64,000 nucleotides of DNA from Candidatus Shapirobacteria bacterium (lineage in GTDB: Bacteria; Patescibacteriota; Microgenomatia; UBA12405). Every line of letters begins with the position of its first letter. Within the stretch, counting starts at the first letter, position 1. The notes below the pieces were generated by a model. It did no database searches. It saw nothing but the letters and a program-made list of their open reading frames with translations, and was not told where the DNA came from. The translations under genes and the position numbers were made by a program. The stretch is from NCBI GenBank assembly GCA_041661765.1, contig JBAZTV010000003.1:79914-143913 (forward strand), read 5' to 3'. This document shows, piece by piece, positions 48,135-57,912 of the stretch.

Positions 48135-49019
48135 ATGACCAACATTTCTAAGGCCGTCATCACCGCCGCTGGCCGAGGCACTCGTTTCCTTCCTGTTGTT
48201 AAATCTTATCAAAAAGAATTAGTTCCAATTCTTGCCAAACCAAATATTCAATATTTAGTTGAAGAAGCTATTGGAGCCGGTATTACTGAAATAGCCATTG
48301 TTCATCGTCCCGGTGAAGATGCTATTAAAGACTACTTCTCTCCAGATCTTGAACTGGAAAAATACTTACAAGAAAACAATAAAATGGAGTATCTTGATAG
48401 TTTAAAAGCTATTAGCGACAAAGTTAATTTTTCCTACTTTGCCCAAAGCCCAGAGTTACCCTACGGCAATGGTTCCCCTATTATCGCTGCCAAAGAATTT
48501 ATTGGCACCGACCCTTTTGTTTATATGTTCGGCGACGACTTAATTGTTGAATCAATTCCTGGACAATATTTAACTAAAATGATTGCCTCGTTCAACAAAT
48601 ACCAAATCGACGCCATCGTTTCTACTCAAGAAATGCCCACCATTGAAATGAAACGCTACGGAGCTGTTGTTCCCCATTCCAACCCTTCTATTCCTCATCA
48701 AATTAGTGCTCTACTTGAAAAAACCGATCCACCTCCATCTAATTTCGCCGTTGTTGGTCGATATGTCATCTCTAATAAAATTATGGATGTAATTAAAAAT
48801 CAAAATACTTCCAAAGACAATGAACTTTGGTTGGCTGATGGTTTAAATACTTTAACTCAAACAGGCATTGTAGCCGATGAACCAATAACCAATGGCGTTT
48901 GGATGACCACTGGCGATCCTCTTCGATGGCTTCAAGCCAACATTGCTGTTGCCCTTCAAGACCCAAAATTCAAAGATGATTTAAGAGAATTTTTAAAAAA
49001 TTTAAATGTCAATAAATAA
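48135..49019 (+). CDS. galU: UTP--glucose-1-phosphate uridylyltransferase (copy 1)
   Basis: KAVITAAGRGTRFLPVVK...LVPILAKPNIQYLVEEAIGAGI. The track ORF start at 47904 overlaps the tRNAs, so it is trimmed to Met 48135. Confidence 0.8.
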   Translation: MTNISKAVITAAGRGTRFLPVVKSYQKELVPILAKPNIQYLVEEAIGAGITEIAIVHRPGEDAIKDYFSPDLELEKYLQENNKMEYLDSLKAISDKVNFSYFAQSPELPYGNGSPIIAAKEFIGTDPFVYMFGDDLIVESIPGQYLTKMIASFNKYQIDAIVSTQEMPTIEMKRYGAVVPHSNPSIPHQISALLEKTDPPPSNFAVVGRYVISNKIMDVIKNQNTSKDNELWLADGLNTLTQTGIVADEPITNGVWMTTGDPLRWLQANIAVALQDPKFKDDLREFLKNLNVNK

Positions 49020-49887
49020 AGCCGTTATTGCCGCTGCTGGTCGAGGTACTCGTTTTTTACCCGTAGCAAAGGCTTATGCAAAAGAATTAGTTCCCGTTCT
49101 TGCCAAACCAAATATTCAATATTTAGTTGAAGAAGCCATTGGCGCTGGTATCACCAACATTGCCATTGTTATTCGTGTTGGCGAAACTACAATTAAAAAT
49201 TATTTTTCCCCCGACAAAAACTTAGAAAAATATTTAATCGAAAATAATAAAATCGAATATCTAGACAGTCTTAAAAATATTTGGAAAAAAGCTAAATTAA
49301 CTTTCATCGAACAACCATTAGGTTTACCCTATGGCACCGGCTCTCCTGTTTTAGCCGCCAAAAAATTCATTGGTAACGACGATTTTGCCTATTTCTACGG
49401 CGACGATTTTATTTTAGAAACCACTCCAGGTCAACTACTTTCCAAAATGATTTCCAAATTTTACCAATATCAAGCCTCTGCTATTTTAGCTGTTCAAAAA
49501 GTCCCCATGGAAGAAATTTATCGTTATGGCAGTATTAAATACATCAACGATCCCAATTATCCTAATCGCATGTCCGAAATTCTCGAAAAACTTCCAGCCG
49601 ACCAAGCCCCATCCAACTCAGTTAATATCGGCCGCTTTATTGCTTCAAATAAAATTTTGAAAAATATAGATATCAATAAACTCTCCAGAGACAACGAATT
49701 ATGGTTCACTGACGCCCTTACCAAACTCGCTCAATCCAATATTGTTCTGACCCAATCCACTCAAGACTCACTCTGGTTAACTACTGGTGACCCTCTCCGC
49801 TGGCTCAAAGCCAATATTTCAACTGCTCTCCAAGACCCAACACTAAAAGACGACCTATCCTCCTTTCTAAAAACTCTTTCGGTTTAA
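49006..49887 (+). CDS. galU: UTP--glucose-1-phosphate uridylyltransferase paralog (copy 2)
   Basis: KAVIAAAGRGTRFLPVAK...LVPVLAKPNIQYLVEEAIGAGI; a tandem paralog overlapping copy 1 by 14 bp. Confidence 0.8.
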   Translation: MSINKAVIAAAGRGTRFLPVAKAYAKELVPVLAKPNIQYLVEEAIGAGITNIAIVIRVGETTIKNYFSPDKNLEKYLIENNKIEYLDSLKNIWKKAKLTFIEQPLGLPYGTGSPVLAAKKFIGNDDFAYFYGDDFILETTPGQLLSKMISKFYQYQASAILAVQKVPMEEIYRYGSIKYINDPNYPNRMSEILEKLPADQAPSNSVNIGRFIASNKILKNIDINKLSRDNELWFTDALTKLAQSNIVLTQSTQDSLWLTTGDPLRWLKANISTALQDPTLKDDLSSFLKTLSV

Positions 49888-50016
49888 AACCAGAGGGATT
49901 TCTACACACCCGATAAGTATTTTTATATAAGCCAAAGATCCCTATAGTTAATTTATTACTGCTATCTAAATCAAATAAATCCCTTATTTGTGCCTAATTT
50001 TAAAACAACTTACTAC

Positions 50017-50045
50017 TTGACATAGACCTATAATAACAATATAAT
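50017..50045 (+). promoter_or_regulatory. consensus sigma70-type promoter TTGACA-17-TATAAT
   Basis: ttgaca (50017-22), 17-nt spacer, tataat (50040-45). Confidence 0.55.
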
Positions 50046-50051
50046 ACATAC

Positions 50052-50263
50052 AGGATTAATAAAATAATTCGTACTTTTATAATCAACCCTAAATTGTTCA
50101 AAGGAGAGATTTGGAGTGTGGCTCCTCTAGAGTTTCGCACCCCGTTTCTCCTTTGAACAATTAAATTTAAAGGAGAGATTTGGAGTGTGGCTCCTCTAGG
50201 GTTTCGCACCCCGTTTCTCCTTTGAATTTAAAACAAAAAAGCCGCAACTAGCGGCTTTTTTTT
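50052..50263 (+). ncRNA. candidate ~210-nt small RNA containing two tandem ~65-nt hairpin repeats, ending in an intrinsic terminator
   Basis: Repeat 1 (50094-50160) has a perfect 14-bp stem ttgttcaaaggaga/tctcctttgaacaa. Repeat 2 (50163-50229) is near-identical. Terminator gccgc-aacta-gcggc + T8 at 50241-50263. Not protein-coding; the minus ORF 50000-50209 is a repeat artefact. Confidence 0.45.
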
Positions 50264-50277
50264 ATGTATATTTTAGT

Positions 50278-50306
50278 TTGACGATATCTTATAAGAGTGA
50301 TATAGT
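50278..50306 (+). promoter_or_regulatory. promoter-like TTGACG-17-TATAGT upstream of secreted-protein gene 50456
   Basis: ttgacg (50278-83), 17-nt spacer, tatagt (50301-06). Confidence 0.4.
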
Positions 50307-50455
50307 ATGCCTAAGTTGACACAGCTTATAACTTTTGACATTGCGTCAAATCTCTATAATTGTATCGTTCTTTAACAATCCTGAAGAATTAATAAAATAA
50401 TAAGAGACTTATCTCTTTTTATATATATAAAAATAATAAGAAAGGATGAATTAAG

Positions 50456-51145
50456 GTGAAAAAAAAATTATTATCTCTCTTAATTGTATGTTTAATATGT
50501 TTGTTCCCATCCACAGTATTAGCATGTTACGGACATGACGAAGGAGGTTACTTAGGCCAATATTCCACTTACAATGGAATTGTCCGTGCTAATAGTAACC
50601 ACCAGCCCAATGGGCTGTACTATCAACCAACCAATTTCCAATGGTTAGCATTCAGTAGGTCCAACATGGTCTATGATTACAACAACCAAGCAATTGGGTA
50701 TGTGTTGTATGAAAAAAAGTACGCACAATTCGACAATAAATTATTTGACACCGGTGAAACCAGAACTAATGGGTTCACTTGGAATTCAAACTTCAGCTAC
50801 AGTAATATTGCTAATTCGAACAACTACTACCACCTAAATTATTATTATCCACCTCCATGTCCAAATTACCCTAATATCCCTCAAAATTACTATCCATTAG
50901 GAAATATTAGTACTCAATACTCTGGGGAATTTGTCGCACCAACAGATGGAGCCGTATCAGGCGACTGCACACTCAACGGCATACAACTTTACGATAATAA
51001 TGAAAATACTTTTCTTGTTTTCTCAGTTCACCAAGGTGACACAGTTTATGCCCCATTCGGTAATATTTGGTTCACAAACCAATTATCTCTTCAGGATGTA
51101 AAAAATAAAGTCCAACAAAATAGCCCTTATAGGACTAGCCAATGA
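50456..51145 (+). CDS. secreted Tyr/Asn-rich hypothetical protein
   Basis: Signal peptide MKKKLLSLLIVCLICLFPSTVLA; GGAAGG RBS-like element upstream. Confidence 0.5.
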   Translation: MKKKLLSLLIVCLICLFPSTVLACYGHDEGGYLGQYSTYNGIVRANSNHQPNGLYYQPTNFQWLAFSRSNMVYDYNNQAIGYVLYEKKYAQFDNKLFDTGETRTNGFTWNSNFSYSNIANSNNYYHLNYYYPPPCPNYPNIPQNYYPLGNISTQYSGEFVAPTDGAVSGDCTLNGIQLYDNNENTFLVFSVHQGDTVYAPFGNIWFTNQLSLQDVKNKVQQNSPYRTSQ

Positions 51146-51149
51146 ATTT

Positions 51150-51192
51150 AAGACCGGTAGGTTTGTACAAACAAACTTCCCGGTCTTTTTAT
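51150..51192 (+). terminator. intrinsic terminator after 50456..51145
   Basis: aagaccgg...ccggtctt outer stem with an inner gtttgtacaaac palindrome, then TTTTT. Confidence 0.6.
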
Positions 51193-51487
51193 TTTTATAT
51201 CCTATAAACTTGACAAATTTAACTTATAATGCTAAAATTCCAGCATAATAATCATCTCGATTATTAACAAGCGTCTAGTGAAAGCAGGCATTCGCGCTTA
51301 CTTCCCCTCTACGCAGTTCTTTTAAAATCCGTAAGATTTTTTAACTAAATTATTCTCAATATAATATATACCATCTTGGGTTCAAAATTTTGAATCTAAA
51401 ACGGTATATATTATATGCCAAATTAATTTCTTTATTATGGCCTAAAGCCATTTATATAAAAAAACAAATTTGAAAGGGGTAATTTAA

Positions 51488-52252
51488 ATGTTATTTAAAA
51501 CTTTAACAGCTGCTATTATTGGAATCGTCTTGTCGGTAATTGGATTGATTTTTAGTATCATCCTTCTTCCCGTTTTTATGGGAAGCTGGGCCATCATTTG
51601 TGTGATCGGCTTAGCCATTGTAATCCTTGGAGCAATCATTTCAATTGTTTCTCTCCGATTTACGACTAGACCATGGGTAACAACAGCCGCCACTGCCATT
51701 GGGATCACCGGAATCACATTGTTTGTTGCAACTTTTTTAATTTGGGGAAGTATCATGCTCGCCCAATCATTCACAACCCAACAAACAGGATCTGTTTCCA
51801 AAACCTCTATTGAAGCAATAGCTCCAACACCAGTTTCTTCTACTCCTGTCATCACAACACATGAAGGTCTAGACCAACCCTCAAAAAGTTGGTTTTTAGC
51901 CAAATCGGGAACTTTGATCTCTGGCGATGTAGCTATTTTTGATAACGACAACAACAGCAAAAAAACACCTGTTTATGACTCAAAAGAAGGTACTGCGGAT
52001 GTTATTTACCTCACCTCAGACACCTACATTTGGACCGAGTGGGGGTGCTATACCATTGAAAATGCCAACGCTCAAGACGTTACCACTCTTATCAACGATA
52101 AATTGACAAATGGTAATTTCACCAGCATTAGGTTCTTTAATGGATATAGTAAATTGGGGAATAATAATCCAACTGCTATAAGCAATAAAGTTGATGCTTC
52201 CAGTATCACCTTAGCCACTGTAACAGCCACCTCAACAGAAACTAAAAAATAA
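51488..52252 (+). CDS. polytopic membrane protein with Thr/Ser-rich extracellular tail
   Basis: Three or four TM helices N-terminal, then ATVTATSTETKK. The minus ORF 51484..51960 is its antisense shadow. Confidence 0.5.
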   Translation: MLFKTLTAAIIGIVLSVIGLIFSIILLPVFMGSWAIICVIGLAIVILGAIISIVSLRFTTRPWVTTAATAIGITGITLFVATFLIWGSIMLAQSFTTQQTGSVSKTSIEAIAPTPVSSTPVITTHEGLDQPSKSWFLAKSGTLISGDVAIFDNDNNSKKTPVYDSKEGTADVIYLTSDTYIWTEWGCYTIENANAQDVTTLINDKLTNGNFTSIRFFNGYSKLGNNNPTAISNKVDASSITLATVTATSTETKK

Positions 52253-52288
52253 AATCTTACGGATTAGCGGCCGGATATATGCAAACTT

Positions 52289-55200
52289 TTGTCGCAAGAC
52301 AAATTTTTGAACAACATATACCCGGCCCTTTTCCTTTTTAAAAACAATCTTTGCTATTATTACTTAGTGTCGAAGCTTAAACAATTCCTATTTCCAGTAT
52401 TATTAATATTACTCACTGGCATCATCTGCTTTCTCAACTACACTCCAAACACCTTTCTCACCGGCTGGGACACTCTCCACCCCGAATTTGATTTCGGTCT
52501 CAATTTCAAAAGATTAATCTTTAGTGTTTGGCATTCCGAACAAGGTCTTGGGGCCATCCCCGGCCATGCTCAAATGGCCGACATCCCCCGAGTTATAATT
52601 CTTTATCTTTTCCATTTTTTTCTACCATTAAATTTCCTTCGCTACAGCTATATTTTTCTTTGTTTTATTCTTGGACCACTTGGTATTTATTTTCTTATCA
52701 AGAATATTTTTCAAAAAAACCAACATCGAAATCTAATCGCTTTTATTTCTTCTCTTTTTTATATTTTCAACCTCTCCACCGTCCAGCAATTTTATGTTCC
52801 TTTTGAAATGTTCCCCACCCAATGGGCTTTTCTTCCCTGGATAATTTTATTTTCCCTTAAATATATTCAAAACAAAAAACAAAAAAATCTCATTTTATTT
52901 TGCATTTTTACTATTCTTGCTACTCCTCAAGCCTATGCTGCCCAACTTTGGTACGCCTTTTTTGCTATTTATTCAGCCTTTCTTTTTATTTATTCTTTTC
53001 TTCAAAAAAATTTCAAACCAGCCATTAAACTTTTTATTTTTACCCTTCTTTTAAACGCATTTTGGCTCATCCCTAATATTTTTTATATTACCACTTCCAG
53101 TGAAGCTCCCAGAATCAATCATGACAATCGTCTTTATTCCCAAGAATTCCTACTAAAAAATCGTGCCAATGGAGGTTTAAATGATTCAACTATTGTTAAA
53201 GGTTTTTACCTAGACTGGAGCATCTACAATTTTCAAAAAGATAATTTTGAAAATATTATGCCTCAATGGAATCAACATCTAAAAAATCCATTAATTTTAA
53301 TTATCGGTTATTCCCTTTTTATTATCAGTTTTATCGGTCTAATTTTTGCCTTTATTAAAAAAGACAAACTATTTATTTCCCTCTCTCCTTTTTTTATTGT
53401 TCCATTTATTTTATTAAGTAACCAAGTTCCTGTTTTTTCTCAATTCTTCGATTTTCTAATCCAAAATTCGACTATCAAAGAATCTTTTCGTTTTATCTTT
53501 ACAAAACTTTCCATTATTTTTATTTTTGGTTTTATTCTATTTTTCTCTTACTCCATCAGTTTGTTTTTTCAAAAAATAAAAACTCTTAAATTTATTAATC
53601 TCTATTCTATTTTAATTTCTATAATTTTAGTAATTTACGGATTTCCTGTTTTTCAAGGCTATTTAATCTCTCCAAAAGTCCGAGTCAATATTCCAAATGA
53701 ATATTTTCAAATGTGGCAATTTATGAAAACCCAAGACAATGGTCGAATTTTAAGTTTGCCATTAAACCAATCATCTGGCTGGCAATACTACAATTGGGGG
53801 TATCAAGGATCTGGATTTTTATGGTTTAATTTAAAACAAGATCTCCTCGATCGTGATTCCGACCGTTGGAACGATAAAAACGAACAGTCATACAAAGAAT
53901 TTTTTAACGCTCTCTACGGTCAAAAACCCGATTCTTTTTCCAACACTCTCAATAAATACCAAATTAAATACATCATATGGGATCAAAATATGACCTATTA
54001 TTCAGAAAAAAACAGTGACCAGATTACTTTTAAAAATGAAATTGCCAATCTTTTTGTTCAATTAGAAAATCAAAATTTAATTAAAAAGATAAATCAATTT
54101 GGTTCAGTTTACATTTATGAAACCAACAATTATTCACTTGAAGCTCAAAATAAAACCATTAGCAATTTCATTAGTCCTCAATATCAATGGGGGTATATCG
54201 ATGTTGCCAATCAATCAGATTATATAACCAATAACAGTTCTAATAGTATTTATTATCCTTTCCGAGACCTTCTCGACCAAAATCAAAAGATTGATATTAA
54301 TAAAATTAATATCAATCAAGTGTCTGACAATCTATGGCAAATAAATCTAAAAACTAACAATAATGAAACTTTTTTTATTCCTTCCCCTGCTTCGACTGAA
54401 ACAATAATTTCTGCCGGTGCCTATCTTATTAAAAGAGATAACCAATTAACTCTAAAATTTCAGTTTCCAATTTCGCAAGAACTTTCTAATTCTATTCAAA
54501 CCGAATTTGATCTACCCAAGGATATTTCTCAAATCAACTTCAATGACACCATCTTTCCAATAAATCCAATTCTTCTTTCTGACTCCAAATATCTTGGTAT
54601 TGTCAATATTTTTACCAATTCCAACAATTTTTTAAACAACAAAATTATTAATTTCAATTTTAATCAGCAAAATACTAACGCTGTAAAAAAAATTTCTTTT
54701 ATTGCAAATAGTTTTAACTTCACCGAAAACCATGATTTCGAACAAATCAATAATAGTAAAAATTATACCCTCGAATTAAATAAAATTCCTCATGCCTATG
54801 GATATATCATTGGTATTAAAAATAAATTTTTTTCTGGTATTCCTCTTCGTGTTTGTCTTCGAAATAATTATTCTTTTATCTGCTCTGTCGAAGATGAACT
54901 AAATAAAAACAAAGATTATTCTTGGGATTATTTTTTGATTCCTCCCACTGACAATGATTTTGGTTATCAGCTTAGTATCACTAATTATTCTTTCGGTGGA
55001 CTAACTTCCAAATCATCAATTAATCAAATCGCTATTATTCCAATCCCTTTTAATCTTTTAAGTCAAATAAAATCAGAAGATAAAAATGTCAATCAACCTA
55101 GTGATAATTTTTTAATTTTAAATCAGTCATATAGTAAATTTTGGATTGCTTTTTATTGGAAAAACGGCCATCCAATTATTTTAAAAGACCATATTCTTGC

Positions 55201-55351
55201 CAACAATTGGGCCAACGCCTGGGAGGTTCCTTTAAATTTTAATTCTAAAGTTTATTATATTTTTTGGCCACAAATCTTTGAATTTCTCGGATTTGGTTTA
55301 ACTATTTTCATCCTAGTCTGGTCTTGTAAAAAATCAAAAAAACAACTTTAG
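52289..55351 (+). CDS. large (about 1000 aa) polytopic membrane protein with big extracytoplasmic domain, possibly a GT-C-type glycosyl/arabinosyl-transferase-like protein
   Basis: At least 12 TM helices in the first ~450 aa, then a soluble domain and a C-terminal TM. Start uncertain (TTG at 52289 or GTG at 52368). Confidence 0.45.
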   Translation: MSQDKFLNNIYPALFLFKNNLCYYYLVSKLKQFLFPVLLILLTGIICFLNYTPNTFLTGWDTLHPEFDFGLNFKRLIFSVWHSEQGLGAIPGHAQMADIPRVIILYLFHFFLPLNFLRYSYIFLCFILGPLGIYFLIKNIFQKNQHRNLIAFISSLFYIFNLSTVQQFYVPFEMFPTQWAFLPWIILFSLKYIQNKKQKNLILFCIFTILATPQAYAAQLWYAFFAIYSAFLFIYSFLQKNFKPAIKLFIFTLLLNAFWLIPNIFYITTSSEAPRINHDNRLYSQEFLLKNRANGGLNDSTIVKGFYLDWSIYNFQKDNFENIMPQWNQHLKNPLILIIGYSLFIISFIGLIFAFIKKDKLFISLSPFFIVPFILLSNQVPVFSQFFDFLIQNSTIKESFRFIFTKLSIIFIFGFILFFSYSISLFFQKIKTLKFINLYSILISIILVIYGFPVFQGYLISPKVRVNIPNEYFQMWQFMKTQDNGRILSLPLNQSSGWQYYNWGYQGSGFLWFNLKQDLLDRDSDRWNDKNEQSYKEFFNALYGQKPDSFSNTLNKYQIKYIIWDQNMTYYSEKNSDQITFKNEIANLFVQLENQNLIKKINQFGSVYIYETNNYSLEAQNKTISNFISPQYQWGYIDVANQSDYITNNSSNSIYYPFRDLLDQNQKIDINKININQVSDNLWQINLKTNNNETFFIPSPASTETIISAGAYLIKRDNQLTLKFQFPISQELSNSIQTEFDLPKDISQINFNDTIFPINPILLSDSKYLGIVNIFTNSNNFLNNKIINFNFNQQNTNAVKKISFIANSFNFTENHDFEQINNSKNYTLELNKIPHAYGYIIGIKNKFFSGIPLRVCLRNNYSFICSVEDELNKNKDYSWDYFLIPPTDNDFGYQLSITNYSFGGLTSKSSINQIAIIPIPFNLLSQIKSEDKNVNQPSDNFLILNQSYSKFWIAFYWKNGHPIILKDHILANNWANAWEVPLNFNSKVYYIFWPQIFEFLGFGLTIFILVWSCKKSKKQL

Positions 55352-55376
55352 CTACTTTTGTTATAATTAATCAATT

Positions 55377-55628
55377 ATGAATAATTTAAATTTTTTAGCA
55401 GGCCCACAATTTTATATTCCTTTTTTAATCTGGATCATTTTCTGGAAAGGTTTTGCTCTGTGGAAATCTGCCGGTAAAAAACAACTTATATGGTTTGTTC
55501 TTTTATTGATTTTAAACACTGGTGGTCTTTTCGAAATCGCCTATATTTTCTTCTTTAACAAGTGGGACCTCGACAACGGCAAAACCCTCAAATTTTTAGA
55601 GAAAAAGTTTAAAGAAATCAAAAAATAG
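55377..55628 (+). CDS. small two-TM membrane protein
   Basis: 83 aa (FYIPFLIWIIFWKGFALW..., LIWFVLLLILNTGGLFEIAYIFFF). Confidence 0.4.
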   Translation: MNNLNFLAGPQFYIPFLIWIIFWKGFALWKSAGKKQLIWFVLLLILNTGGLFEIAYIFFFNKWDLDNGKTLKFLEKKFKEIKK

Positions 55629-55645
55629 TTTTATTTTTATTGTAA

Positions 55646-55674
55646 GGGTCAGGCATGCCTGACCCTTTTTTTTT
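55646..55674. terminator. bidirectional terminator (perfect 20-bp palindrome + T9) between 55377..55628 and glyA
   Basis: gggtcaggcatgcctgaccc followed by ttttttttt; the reverse complement also works for the convergent glyA. Confidence 0.75.
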
Positions 55675-55683
55675 GTTTAATCA

Positions 55684-55712
55684 GTAGAGACGTGCCGCCG
55701 GCGCGTCTCTAC
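55684..55712. repeat. GC-rich palindrome of the TAGAGACG...CGTCTCTA family
   Basis: gtagagacg-tgccgccggcg-cgtctctac. Related copies at 4687-4712 (intragenic) and 60730-60760. Confidence 0.8.
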
Positions 55713-55728
55713 ATTAAAAAAATCAATT

Positions 55729-56898
55729 TTAAATCCCTTTTATTATCCCGGCCATCTTATTACCCAACTCCTCAAATTCTTTCTCTTTCCATCCTCGAGT
55801 TGTCATTGCTGGTGTCCCAATTCTAATTCCCGACGGTCTAAATGGACTACCTTTTTCATGTGGCACCGTATTAGCATTAACCACAATTCCCTCCTCTTCT
55901 AATTTCACTGCAACTTCTTTTCCTTTTTCCAAACCAACTTCCACTACCATCAAATGATTATCTGTTCCAAAAACTTTAATTCCATTTCTTCTCAAAGTTT
56001 CGGCCAATACTTTGGCATTTTTAATTATTTGACTAGCGTAATCTCTAAATTCTTGAGTATCTACTTCCCCAAAAGCCACCGCCAAAGCCGCAATCTGGTT
56101 TTCATGCGGACCACCTTGCATTCCCGGAAACACTGCCTTGTCAATTTTTTTAGCCAAATCTGGATCTTTTTCTAAACCTTTTTTAGTTACTCCAATTATT
56201 GCACCACGTGGACCCCTTAAGCTTTTATGAGTCGTTGAAGTCACTATATGAACATATTCATTCGGACTTGGGTGAACACCTCCCACCACTAAACCTACAA
56301 TGTGAGAAATATCAGCCACCAACCAAGCACCAACACTGTCAGCAATTTCTCCAAATCTTTTAAAATCCAAAATATATGGATAAGCTGTTGTTCCCGCCAT
56401 AATCATTTTCGGCTTTTCTTCTAAAACTAATTTTTGCAATTTATCATAATCAATTCGACCATCTTCCTCCACATCGTATTGCACACTCTCAAAAAATTTT
56501 CCCGAAAAAGAAACTTTTGGATGACCATGAGTTAAATGACCACCAGCTGAAAGTTTCAACCCACAAATTTTATCATCTCTCTCTAAAAGTGCCATTTGAA
56601 CCGCACTGTTAGCCGGACTTCCAGAATATGGTTGTACATTTAGATGCTCAACTTTTAAAACCTTCTTTCCTCTTTCAATAGCCAAATTTTCAATTTGATC
56701 CACAAATTCATTTCCTTGATAATATCTCTTTCCAGGATAACCTTCAGCGTATTTATTCGTCAAACAGCTCCCCAAAGCCATTCTTACCTCATCTGAAACA
56801 AAATTTTCGCTTGGAATTAAATGTATTAAATTTTGTTGCCTTTCTTCTTCTTTTTTAATTAAATCTCTAATTTGTTTATCTATCATAAAATAATTCAA
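55729..56898 (-). CDS. glyA: serine hydroxymethyltransferase
   Basis: Motifs NKYAEGYPGKRYY, VQPYSGSPAN and TSTTHKSLRGPRG (PLP-lysine motif). Confidence 0.9.
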   Translation of the reverse strand: MNYFMIDKQIRDLIKKEEERQQNLIHLIPSENFVSDEVRMALGSCLTNKYAEGYPGKRYYQGNEFVDQIENLAIERGKKVLKVEHLNVQPYSGSPANSAVQMALLERDDKICGLKLSAGGHLTHGHPKVSFSGKFFESVQYDVEEDGRIDYDKLQKLVLEEKPKMIMAGTTAYPYILDFKRFGEIADSVGAWLVADISHIVGLVVGGVHPSPNEYVHIVTSTTHKSLRGPRGAIIGVTKKGLEKDPDLAKKIDKAVFPGMQGGPHENQIAALAVAFGEVDTQEFRDYASQIIKNAKVLAETLRRNGIKVFGTDNHLMVVEVGLEKGKEVAVKLEEEGIVVNANTVPHEKGSPFRPSGIRIGTPAMTTRGWKEKEFEELGNKMAGIIKGI

Positions 56899-56952
56899 AA
56901 AACTAATAATTCAAAAACAGTTTAAAAAAATTATTTATATCATAAGTTTATT

Positions 56953-57912
56953 TTACAATAATTTACTTTGTTCTTCCCATTTAAAAAGTTCTCCCAATGA
57001 TTTTTCTTGATGAATTCGATCAATAATCTTACTTAAAAGCGGCGCTAATGAAATTATTTTCATTTTCTTTATCTTATTCTCTTCAGAAATTGGAATTGTA
57101 TCCAAAAAAATAACTTCGGACGCACAACAATTTTCCAAGTTTTCTATTGCCTTTCCGTTTAATAAAGCATGTGTAGCACAAATAATTACCTCTTTAGCTC
57201 CGTATTTTTTAACCACATCAGCAGCCGCACAAATTGATCCACCAGTATCAACCATATCGTCAATTATAATAGCTGTTTTTCCTTTCACATCACCTACTAC
57301 ATGAGCCACCTCACATTTATTATGTTCTCTCCTGATTTTATCAATAATAGCAATTGGTGCATTTAACAAATCTGCCATTTTATTGGCTCTTTTTACTCCC
57401 CCCACATCTGGCGAAACTATCACAATATCTTTATATTTTTTCTGAACCAAATATTTTGTTATTAACGGATAACCCACAAAATGATCAACAGGAATATCGT
57501 AAAAACCCTGAATCTGGTCCGCATGCAAATCCACTGTCACTAACCGATCCACTCCAGCTTTAGTAATTAAATCAGCTATCAATTTTGCCGTTATCGATTC
57601 GTGTGATTGAGTTCTTCTGTCTTGTCTGGAATAACACATCTGTGGACAGATTAAATTAATCCTTCCTGCCGACGATCTTTTCAAAGCATCCACCAAAATC
57701 AAAAGTTCCATCAAACAATCGTTAACTGGGTTTGTCATTGTTTGAATAATAAAAATATCATCACCTCGAACCTTTTTACCCAATCTCACATAAATCTCTC
57801 CGTTTGCAAATTTTTTAATAATTATCGGAGTCAATGGGATTTTCAACTTTTTTGATATTTTTTGGGCCAAATTTGGATGTGATGTTCCAGCAATTAACTG
57901 AATTCCATTCAT
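56953..57912 (-). CDS. prs: ribose-phosphate pyrophosphokinase
   Basis: N-terminal LIAGTSHPNLAQKIS...FANGEI; PRPP-binding loop IIDDMVDTGGS. Confidence 0.9.
   Translation of the reverse strand: MNGIQLIAGTSHPNLAQKISKKLKIPLTPIIIKKFANGEIYVRLGKKVRGDDIFIIQTMTNPVNDCLMELLILVDALKRSSAGRINLICPQMCYSRQDRRTQSHESITAKLIADLITKAGVDRLVTVDLHADQIQGFYDIPVDHFVGYPLITKYLVQKKYKDIVIVSPDVGGVKRANKMADLLNAPIAIIDKIRREHNKCEVAHVVGDVKGKTAIIIDDMVDTGGSICAAADVVKKYGAKEVIICATHALLNGKAIENLENCCASEVIFLDTIPISEENKIKKMKIISLAPLLSKIIDRIHQEKSLGELFKWEEQSKLL

Noticed and set aside
50000-50209. 69-aa minus-strand ORF with internally repeated peptide (RNPRGATLQISPLN x2)
   Set aside because: It is a translation artefact of the tandem 65-nt hairpin repeat. 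The locus has promoter and terminator signals typical of a non-coding RNA on the plus strand.
50094-50229. Possible CRISPR array (two direct repeats)
   Set aside because: There are only two repeats of ~65 nt, separated by ~4-10 nt, with no cas genes nearby and no spacer-sized unique segments. It is not CRISPR-like.
51484-51960. 158-aa minus-strand ORF
   Set aside because: Antisense shadow of the membrane-protein gene 51488..52252. The plus frame has a signal-less polytopic TM pattern and a Thr-rich tail; the minus frame has no features.
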